Assembly (NCBI GenBank): GCA_018260615.1
Contig: JAGWDQ010000013.1
Span: 1-14,548 of the forward strand
Source: Candidatus Altarchaeum sp.
GTDB taxonomy: Archaea > Altiarchaeota > Altiarchaeia > Altiarchaeales > Altiarchaeaceae
Length of the DNA: 14,548 bases
Direction of reading: 5' to 3'
Shown here: positions 1 to 6,330 of the stretch, piece by piece
How positions within the stretch are numbered: position 1 is the stretch's first letter
How the letters are laid out: every line of letters begins with the position of its first letter
Position numbers and translations under genes: made by a program
The notes under the pieces: generated by a model
What the model saw: only the letters and a program-made list of their open reading frames with translations
Databases searched by the model: none
Told to the model about the DNA's origin: nothing

Positions 1-61
1 TTTTTTTAAATTTAAAAACAAAAAATTTAATATAAAAAGTTAAAAGTTAAAATATTGTAAA

Positions 62-871
62 ATGGAATTTGTTGAGGAAAAACTGGAATTTGTTGATCCA
101 GTCAAGATTGAGGATTCGCTACTAATGAAATCATTTAGCCGTAATTCAATACCTGCAATTAAAAAAAATTTAAGTGATGTTGAAACAGCAGGCGTGATTG
201 TAAGAATAGGCAACCGACCTATTGTACGAAACTTGAAGGAAATATTGGAATTATCTAATGCTAACATCCCTCCTGAAATTGAAGTATTATTTAAAAAAAG
301 CGATATTTATTCAATTGTTCATGGAATTGGGGCAATAAGAGTTGAAGGAAATGCCTCTATTATTGAACTTCAATATCATGCTAAAGTTGAGAACATAAAT
401 GGTGCCCAAATAATTGATCTAATACCAAGTACTAAATTTAGAGATGTAGTAAAAGTAGGAGTAATAATTCAAGGTTCGATGTCAGCAATTGGCGCTACAT
501 CAATTCAAATACCTGAAGAATTGACTAGAACATTATTACCAAAATATCTATCTTTGGGTGGCGATATGCGGATTCAACTCAGTTCAAATGCAAGTTTTAT
601 TGGAAAGTTCGATTTTAGCGTCAAATTTCCTGTAGTTCAATCACTTGGTGCATCTTCAGATTCTTGTAGTTGGGTATTGAATCCTGATGAACATAAAACA
701 CCTCTATTAGGAGACCAGCAGCTAATTCAAATTATTGCTGTTCCAAAAGGAACTACAAAACTCAAATACAAATCTTGGGGTGTTTTAAAGGTTGATAGAC
801 AGCCTTGGATACCGTTCATCGGAGATGAAACGAAAAAAACCTCTGACGTAGATCTTGATGTAGATTTATAA
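62..871 (+). CDS. Hypothetical beta-rich protein (269 aa), family not recognised
   Basis: Intact ATG..TAA ORF. Long strands with alternating hydrophobic/polar residues (VKVGVIIQGSMSA; LSLGGDMRIQLSSNASFIGKFDFSVKF). No obvious signal peptide or catalytic motif. Confidence 0.8.
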   Translation: MEFVEEKLEFVDPVKIEDSLLMKSFSRNSIPAIKKNLSDVETAGVIVRIGNRPIVRNLKEILELSNANIPPEIEVLFKKSDIYSIVHGIGAIRVEGNASIIELQYHAKVENINGAQIIDLIPSTKFRDVVKVGVIIQGSMSAIGATSIQIPEELTRTLLPKYLSLGGDMRIQLSSNASFIGKFDFSVKFPVVQSLGASSDSCSWVLNPDEHKTPLLGDQQLIQIIAVPKGTTKLKYKSWGVLKVDRQPWIPFIGDETKKTSDVDLDVDL

Positions 872-1203
872 ATAAAGGCATTCCAGCGATGTTCGGATTT
901 ACAGTTTATTCTTCTATACATCAGGCAGATAAGGACGGGAAAATTCCGTTTCCTTCATCCAAGGAAAGTGTTCTTGGAGGCCACGCCATTGATGCAGTAG
1001 GATATGATGATAAGATGAAGATTAAAAACCAAATCAACGGTTATGAGACCACAGGAGCATTAATCATAAGGAATTCCTGGGGAACCGGATGGGGTGATAA
1101 TGGATATGGCTATCTTCCTTACGAATATGTTTTGAAATCACTGGCTGTTGATTGGTGGATACTGCTAAAAAACGAGTGGATTGACAGTGGAAAATTTAAG
1201 TAA
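871..1203 (+). pseudogene. C-terminal fragment of a papain-family (C1A) cysteine peptidase
   Basis: Has the catalytic His motif GGHAIDAVGYDD and Asn motif IIRNSWGTGWGDNGYGYLPY. Similarity extends upstream of ATG 889 (NKGIPAMFGF, from 871). In-frame TGA at 856-858. The catalytic Cys half is absent. Confidence 0.8.
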
Positions 1204-1280
1204 GATTAGATAGACAATGGGGAATTTAAGTAAACATTAAATTTTATTTTTGTATTTTTTTAAATTTTAAAACAAAAATA

Positions 1281-1387
1281 TAACTATTCAGAGGGTACAA
1301 AAATTTACCTGTAATTTCAAAATTTCATGGATTTTGAAATCCCCGAACGGTAGTAGGGTGATTTTTTTTGGATTGCCGAATAGTTAC
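1281..1387 (-). mobile_element. MITE-like element, GTAACTA family, 107 bp
   Basis: Ends TAACTATTC...GAATAGTTAC are inverted repeats. Collinear, in reverse, with 2425-2484 apart from a 47-bp insertion at 1314-1360. Confidence 0.65.
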
Positions 1388-1411
1388 AAAATATTCATAT
1401 CTAAAAATAAT

Positions 1412-1491
1412 GGCTCTTATTTACGAATCCGTGATAACAGCAGAAATTTTTGAAATTTCCTGGTGGCATCACGAAATTTTAGATAAGAGCC
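1412..1491. repeat. 80-bp imperfect hairpin or small MITE of a second family
   Basis: Terminal IR GGCTCTTAT (1412-1420) / ATAAGAGCC (1483-1491), inner IR CGTGAT/ATCACG, AT dinucleotide on both flanks. Confidence 0.55.
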
Positions 1492-1498
1492 ATATAAA

Positions 1499-1506
1499 TT
1501 TATAAA
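1499..1506 (+). promoter_or_regulatory. Putative archaeal TATA box for the nuclease gene (probably leaderless)
   Basis: TTTATAAA centred about 25 nt upstream of ATG 1527. The AT-rich background makes chance matches common. Confidence 0.35.
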
Positions 1507-1526
1507 AATTTAAATGGTTAAATAAA

Positions 1527-2414
1527 ATGGAAAAAGTAAGTATATTTTGGGACCCTAAAGGACAGGAGGTTGATTATCTTGGCAGCAAAAATTATTTAAG
1601 AACAACTGACGGAGATACCCCTTACATATCGGTGGCAATCCGTATGCTGAGCATTGACACTCCTGAAGTGCATTACCCGGGAAATCAAAAACCATCAAAA
1701 CAGGATGCAAACCTGAGTCAATTAGCTAACTGGATAAAAGATGGAAAAGCACCGGTTAACAAAGGACTGGGTGATTATTTGTATCCTAAACTTGTCAGTG
1801 AATCCGGCACACTGCAGGAGGAGCAAGGCATAAAAGCGACTGATAAATTCAATGAGATCCTGGATGAAAAGCTAAATATACATGGATCAGATCAAAAAAG
1901 AGGTGTTTTCATTTACGCTGCCGACGAGCATTTTGATCAATACGGAAGATTGCTCGCTTACATGTCCCCAAAATACACCGAAAAAGATCTTGCGTCAATG
2001 TCAAGAGAAGACCGGGCAACTTTCAATCTGCTGATGGTGAAGTCCGGTTGGGCGGCAACATTACTTATTTACCCGAGTATTCCCAAGCATATTGATCTTG
2101 TCATGCTTCAAAAAGCGGCAAAAGAATCTTATGAAGAAAAAAGAGGATGCTGGGCGAATCCAAATACACTCACGGGATATGAGTTTAGAATGTGTGTTAA
2201 ATTATATGAAATTACAAAAAAACTTGTTTCGGGGAAAAAATTATCCTCAAAGGAGAAATACAACTGGATTTCCAGATTCTGCGCCGACATGACAACAAGA
2301 GAGATATTTTACCCGCAGGAATACTACAAAGTCAAGCCCTACAACCGAATCTTTATATGGCCCGATGATGTTCCGGAAGCGGTAGGCAAAATGAATCTGA
2401 TGCCTTCGGAATAA
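1527..2414 (+). CDS. Thermonuclease (SNase-like) family nuclease, 295 aa, no obvious signal peptide
   Basis: SNase motifs TDGDT, IRMLSIDTPE, DQYGRLLAY, NLLMVKSGWA and KRGCW in the expected order. Confidence 0.8.
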   Translation: MEKVSIFWDPKGQEVDYLGSKNYLRTTDGDTPYISVAIRMLSIDTPEVHYPGNQKPSKQDANLSQLANWIKDGKAPVNKGLGDYLYPKLVSESGTLQEEQGIKATDKFNEILDEKLNIHGSDQKRGVFIYAADEHFDQYGRLLAYMSPKYTEKDLASMSREDRATFNLLMVKSGWAATLLIYPSIPKHIDLVMLQKAAKESYEEKRGCWANPNTLTGYEFRMCVKLYEITKKLVSGKKLSSKEKYNWISRFCADMTTREIFYPQEYYKVKPYNRIFIWPDDVPEAVGKMNLMPSE

Positions 2415-2424
2415 AAAATTCATG

Positions 2425-2484
2425 GTAACTATTTAGCCACCTAAAAAAATTAATGGTAAATTTTTGTACCCTCTGAATAGTTAC
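2425..2484 (+). mobile_element. MITE-like element, GTAACTA family, minimal 60-bp form
   Basis: GTAACTATT...AATAGTTAC perfect 9-bp IR. 2455-2483 is a perfect 29-bp reverse complement of 1281-1309. Confidence 0.65.
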
Positions 2485-2505
2485 TAAAATTTTTACTAAA
2501 AAAGT

Positions 2506-2645
2506 ATACTGAAAATCTACAAGATTTTCAATCTTTAAAAATCACCTCGCTTATGCTCGGAGATTTTAAATACTTCGTATTTAAAATGCTTGAAGCACTT
2601 TTAAATGACTTTTTTAATCTTTCAAAATACTTCAAGTATTTTTGG
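2506..2645. repeat. Array of short palindromic (REP-like) modules
   Basis: GAAAATCT-ACA-AGATTTTC, AAAATCACCTCGCTTATGCTCGGAGATTTT, AATAC-TTC-GTATT, TGCTT-G-AAGCA, AAAATACTT-C-AAGTATTTT. Confidence 0.8.
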
Positions 2646-2717
2646 AATAATCTTTAAAAATCTACGGGACATTTAAATAAATTCAAAATATCAGAAATTT
2701 AAGAAAAAACTTCACAA

Positions 2718-3713
2718 TTATTGCAGTAATTCCTCCAATCTTCCCGTTTCAATACCTTTCTTTATTTCTCTCGCAATCCTCCTTCCCGTGCTCATCGGCT
2801 CATCATACCTTATTTTTGTGTACTGCGAACCGTCAATATATAAATTTGTTCCCGCAACAATCCTCGCTGATACCTCAATTGCATAAAATTCCATATCCTC
2901 TGTAAGAATTGTCTCAATGCAAAAAGGTCCCCACAATCCGCCGAAAAATTTCTTTGAGGCATTAACTAAATTTTCCCCCATTTCAAAGACCCTCGGCAGC
3001 AGTGATTCCCTTATTACAACAGGAGTATTGCCAACAACAACATAAGTCGGATTGATTTTATCCGAAAATTTCGGAGGAATTCTTCCGATGCTGTCGGCAT
3101 TACTCTCATATCTTATATCTATTCCGAAAAATTCCAGTTCATTGTCCAAATTTGAGTAAAAGTAATGCGGATAAAATCTCGTGCCGACAACATATTCCTG
3201 AATTATATAATCCTCGGCATCTTTTATATTTTTCTGTTTTTCATAAAATTCCTTTTCATCACTAACAAAAAAATAACCCTTCCCTCCTTTTGCACCGTAA
3301 AATTTTATAATGCAGGGTCTGTCTATTTTATCGGGGCTGTCAAAAATTTTCGGAACCTTTATTTTTGAATCATTGAGCCATTTAAACATCTTTCTTCTGT
3401 CGCTTTCCCATTCCAATGATTTGCGGTTTCCGAAAAATTTTAAATTGCTTTTCACCATATTTTCATAGCCGATATATTCAACAAAACTGCCGTGAGGAAT
3501 AAAGATAAAATTGCCGAATTTATCCTTAAATTTTTCGTCCAGCATATCCCTGTAATCATCAACTATTAAAATTTCATCGGCAACCTTAAAGCTATCGTAA
3601 ATTTTTGCCATCGGCTTTTTGGTTATGACTGCGGTTTTAAAGCCCTCATCCTTCGCACCTTTCAAAATCTGGAGTGAGGAATGACTTCCTATGGTTGCGA
3701 TTACGGGTAGCAT
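2718..3713 (-). CDS. purP: 5-formaminoimidazole-4-carboxamide ribonucleotide synthetase (PurP family, ATP-grasp)
   Basis: IATIGSHSSLQILKGAKDEGF, HGSFVEY, GAKGGKGYF, EVSARIVAGTN and MSTGRRIAREI are PurP-family signatures. PurP paralogues cannot be separated by eye. Confidence 0.9.
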   Translation of the reverse strand: MLPVIATIGSHSSLQILKGAKDEGFKTAVITKKPMAKIYDSFKVADEILIVDDYRDMLDEKFKDKFGNFIFIPHGSFVEYIGYENMVKSNLKFFGNRKSLEWESDRRKMFKWLNDSKIKVPKIFDSPDKIDRPCIIKFYGAKGGKGYFFVSDEKEFYEKQKNIKDAEDYIIQEYVVGTRFYPHYFYSNLDNELEFFGIDIRYESNADSIGRIPPKFSDKINPTYVVVGNTPVVIRESLLPRVFEMGENLVNASKKFFGGLWGPFCIETILTEDMEFYAIEVSARIVAGTNLYIDGSQYTKIRYDEPMSTGRRIAREIKKGIETGRLEELLQ

Positions 3714-3833
3714 TATGAGAATTTTATTAAAGTATTATTAAAAATTTGTAAATAATTAGAATGCAGGATAAAATTTAAGTAAAAAATATTGTAAAAACAC
3801 AGAAGGTAAAATTTAAAAATCCGGAAAATTTAA

Positions 3834-3905
3834 CGCTCTGGTCGGGATTCGGACCCGAGACACAAGCTCGACAGGCTTGTATGTTAACCGCTGCACTACC
3901 AGAGC
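3834..3905 (-). tRNA. tRNA-Asp(GTC), CCA not encoded
   Basis: Acceptor stem GCTCTGG/CCAGAGC, anticodon arm CAAGC-CTGTCGA-GCTTG, T arm TCGGG-TCCGAAT-CCCGA, discriminator G. Confidence 0.92.
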
Positions 3906-3928
3906 AAAAAATAACAAAATAAGAAAAA

Positions 3929-4056
3929 TCCCCCCTCCAGGATTTGAACCGGGGATCTTCCGGTAACTGCCTTGCCTACACGTCCCTTGCATTCGCAAGT
4001 TAGATGAATATATTACTGACTACAGCCGGACGCGTTAACCGCTACGCTAAGGAGGG
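3929..4056 (-). tRNA. tRNA-Tyr(GTA) with a 55-nt intron (3965-4019) at 37/38
   Basis: C1:G72/A73 archaeal Tyr identity. Anticodon arm TCCGG-CTGTAG|A-CCGGA. CUGU/GCAG 4-bp central helix with two 3-nt bulges (relaxed BHB). T loop TTCAAAT. Confidence 0.92.
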
Positions 4057-4114
4057 AATAAATTTTTCTACATTTTAATTAGGAATAAGACATTAAAAAA
4101 TAATGAATAAAACG

Positions 4115-4230
4115 AGTGATTTCGCTTTCTTTTCAGAATGCGAATTTGTTAAATTTTCAATATACCTCCAATCTAACTGGGTGACACCCGGCACCCTGTA
4201 TTCCATTTGCGAACGCATTTGGAATTGCTT
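4115..4230 (-). ncRNA. Putative omegaRNA scaffold (3' part) overlapping the tnpB 3' end
   Basis: Hairpins on the minus strand: TTCCA-AA-TGC-GTTC-GCA-AA-TGGAA (4201-4224), GGGTG..CACCC (4179-4196), and TTCGC-A-TTCT-GAAA-AGAA-A-GCGAA (4121-4144, GNRA loop) just inside the element end. The 5' boundary is unknown. Confidence 0.5.
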
Positions 4231-5377
4231 TCTTTATTATGTTGTAAGCACCATTTACATCAGCATTTATGATTTTGCCCGATAATGTTTTAAACAATCC
4301 TCTGCAAATTCTCTTTCCTAAATACCTATCATGATGCTTTATCGTTTCATCATCTAAAAAACTACATTTAGATGTATGTGCTTCATTAACAATTATTGTT
4401 TTGATTCCTTCCTCCTCTGCTTTATACTTGAGCATTTCTATCAGTTTATTGAAAGGAACAGATACAAAGTTTTGGTTGTTCTTCTTGCCGATATCAATTT
4501 TTTGCTTCCAGTCATTGTTGTGTCCGATTACTATTGTATCTATGCTATTCATCTTGCAAACAGCAATAATTTTTCTGCTTGCTTTATGAAAAAAGTCCTT
4601 TATTTTAAAATCCCTTTTTACCAATAGTTTATTCAGTTGTTTTGTCCGTCCTTTAACTCCGCTTAAATCATAGTTCGATTGTATTTCCGCCTTTCTTTTG
4701 TTGTAGAAATGATTGATTGATTTAACAATCCCGCCCTTGATAATAATTGGCATTTTGCCAATATTATCTGCAGTAGTTACGAGATTGTTAAGTCCTATAT
4801 CAATTCCCAAAATATTTTTAGTTGTTTCTATTAACGGTTTAATTGCCTTTTTATAAACAATATTGAGCATAAAGCCAACACCTTTTGGAACAATAGATGA
4901 AGTTCCAAGAACTGTTTCATCAGGCAATCGTGTTTTAACTTCAAGAACTATTTTTTTAGGAAATTCAACTTTATTTGATTTAATTTTAATCTGCTGATTT
5001 GTAAACAACAACATAAATTCACCATCTTTAGGTTTGTATCCAGGTAACGCTGGTTTGTTTTTAAACTTTTCAGGATGTTTTTTGTATTCTTTCATTGCCT
5101 TAAAGAATGCTTTCCAGTTTTTCTCAACCAATATCAAAATTTGTTGTGCTGTTGCAGCTGGCAATTGTTTAAAATTCTCACTATTCTTTAACAAATAATA
5201 CAATTGACTATATGTTATCCACTTCCCGGTTTTAATGAACTCCTGTCTGATGATGTAAATTGCTTCATTGTATAGGTTTTTAGCGATATGACATAGTTTA
5301 CTTAATTCCTTATTGGCGTTGAGCCATATCTGTTCTGTTCTGTTCACTCCAGTTAACACTTCACTTAACATTTTCAT
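4157..5377 (-). CDS. tnpB: TnpB RNA-guided endonuclease (IS1341-like), 406 aa
   Basis: N-terminal HTH (CHIAKNLYNEA), RuvC-I GIDIGLNN, RuvC-III NADVNGAYNI, degenerate Zn finger TSKCSFLD, C-terminal G..HP motif. Confidence 0.93.
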   Translation of the reverse strand: MKMLSEVLTGVNRTEQIWLNANKELSKLCHIAKNLYNEAIYIIRQEFIKTGKWITYSQLYYLLKNSENFKQLPAATAQQILILVEKNWKAFFKAMKEYKKHPEKFKNKPALPGYKPKDGEFMLLFTNQQIKIKSNKVEFPKKIVLEVKTRLPDETVLGTSSIVPKGVGFMLNIVYKKAIKPLIETTKNILGIDIGLNNLVTTADNIGKMPIIIKGGIVKSINHFYNKRKAEIQSNYDLSGVKGRTKQLNKLLVKRDFKIKDFFHKASRKIIAVCKMNSIDTIVIGHNNDWKQKIDIGKKNNQNFVSVPFNKLIEMLKYKAEEEGIKTIIVNEAHTSKCSFLDDETIKHHDRYLGKRICRGLFKTLSGKIINADVNGAYNIIKKAIPNAFANGIQGAGCHPVRLEVY

Positions 5378-5599
5378 ATAAATAATTAATTTTAAAACAA
5401 ATTAATAAAAAACAACAAAGCGAAATCACTAATAAAACATAATTAATTTCCACAAAATATCAATCAAAATGCTTAAGCCAAAACTTAAATTTAAGAGTAA
5501 ATTTATATATCTTGACATAATATTGGTTGTAATAGTTATTATCGCACTTGTCTTTATTTTTTTCACAAAAATTTGGAAATTTTAGTTTAAATCAAGTCA

Positions 5600-6031
5600 A
5601 TGAAAACAGTAGTTGCAACAGGGGTCTTTGAAATTTTACATCCCGGACATATAAATTTTCTTACCGAAGCAAAAAAACTCGGGGATAGATTAATTGTAAT
5701 TGTAGCAAGAGACAAAAATATAGGCAGGCAAAAAAATATTGTTATTCCGGAAGAACAGCGACTTGAAGTAATTAATTCCCTGAAGGTGGTTGATGAAGCA
5801 ATTTTGGGTGATAAAAATGATATATTTAAGCCCGTAGAAAAAATAAAGCCGGATATTATCGCACTGGGAAAAAATCAGGATGCGGATGAAAAAATACTCA
5901 CCGAAGAATTAAAGAAGAGAAATTTAAATGCAAAAATAATCAGGATTGAAAATTTTTATAATGCAAATCTTAATTCAACAACTAAAATAAAGGAAAAAAT
6001 TTTAAAATCGGGTAAACCAAATAAAAAATAA
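5600..6031 (+). CDS. ribL: FAD synthase (archaeal cytidylyltransferase-like family)
   Basis: VVATGVFEILHPGH (HxGH), LIVIVARD, EEQRLEVINSLKVVDEAILG, KPDIIALG, STTKI. Related cytidylyltransferases are not excluded. Confidence 0.75.
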   Translation: MKTVVATGVFEILHPGHINFLTEAKKLGDRLIVIVARDKNIGRQKNIVIPEEQRLEVINSLKVVDEAILGDKNDIFKPVEKIKPDIIALGKNQDADEKILTEELKKRNLNAKIIRIENFYNANLNSTTKIKEKILKSGKPNKK

Positions 6032-6037
6032 AAAATG

Positions 6038-6294
6038 CTCACACATACTGAAACCTTCGGTTTCAATCTTTAAAAAACTACAAGTTTTTTAAAAAGCCAC
6101 AAAGTCACAGAGTATTTTAAAATCAATAGATTTTAAAAGATTGAAAATCTCACAGATTTTCAGTATTTAAAAAATTTATTTTTTAAAGATTGAAAACTTG
6201 TAGTTTTCAGTATATTTCTCCTTTCTGTCTTTTTCAAAACGCAGAGTTTTGAAAATCTCCGAGCAAGAGCGAGGTGACGGTGTCTCCGTGTGAG
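6038..6294. repeat. Array of palindromic modules bounded by CTCACAC/GTGTGAG
   Basis: Three AAAGATTGAAA-hairpin-TTTCAGTAT units (one reversed), TTTTCAAAAC-GCAGA-GTTTTGAAAA, one CTCCGAGC..GCGAGGTGA unit, and a 7-bp outer IR at 6038-6044/6288-6294. Confidence 0.75.
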
Positions 6295-6330
6295 GATAAT
6301 AAAACGAACTTTCCTGTACTATAAAAAATT

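Larger units (their letters stand above)
4115..5430 (-). mobile_element. 1316-bp non-autonomous element carrying only tnpB, with TIRs and a TSD-like flank
   Basis: AGTGATTTCGCTTT (4115-4128) and AAAGCGAAATCACT (5417-5430) are perfect 14-bp inverted repeats. Flanks are AATAAAACG (4106-4114) and AATAAAACA (5431-5439). Confidence 0.7.

Noticed and set aside
862-891. Programmed frameshift fusing the first ORF to the protease fragment
   Set aside because: There is no slippery heptamer at the junction, and the fusion would still lack the catalytic Cys.
1281-2484. Integron attC sites around a gene cassette
   Set aside because: TAAC...GTTA ends are suggestive, but they fit RYYYAAC/GTTRRRY poorly, the two sites are inverted relative to each other, a related copy has an 8-bp TSD, and no integrase is present.
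3936-3954. C-U mismatch in the tRNA-Tyr T stem as editing evidence
   Set aside because: C-to-U editing would give U-U and would not repair it. Single stem mismatches are tolerated.
3813-3998. 61-aa ORF across the tRNAs, and the other short ORFs overlapping long genes (e.g. 40-267, 2092-2292, 4376-4627, 9692-9976)
   Set aside because: Shadow frames of tRNA genes or well-supported CDSs, with no recognisable motifs.
4001-4020. Box C/D-like motifs (AGATGA...CTGA) in the tRNA-Tyr intron
   Set aside because: They lie on the strand antisense to the tRNA, box C is imperfect, and the spacing is too short for a guide.
4157-5377. Cas12f or type V CRISPR effector
   Set aside because: No array or cas genes nearby. 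Element ends and 3' hairpins fit a transposon TnpB.
5502-5509. TTTATATA as a promoter for ribL or tnpB
   Set aside because: About 90 nt from the ribL start, outside the tnpB element, and such motifs are common in this AT-rich DNA.
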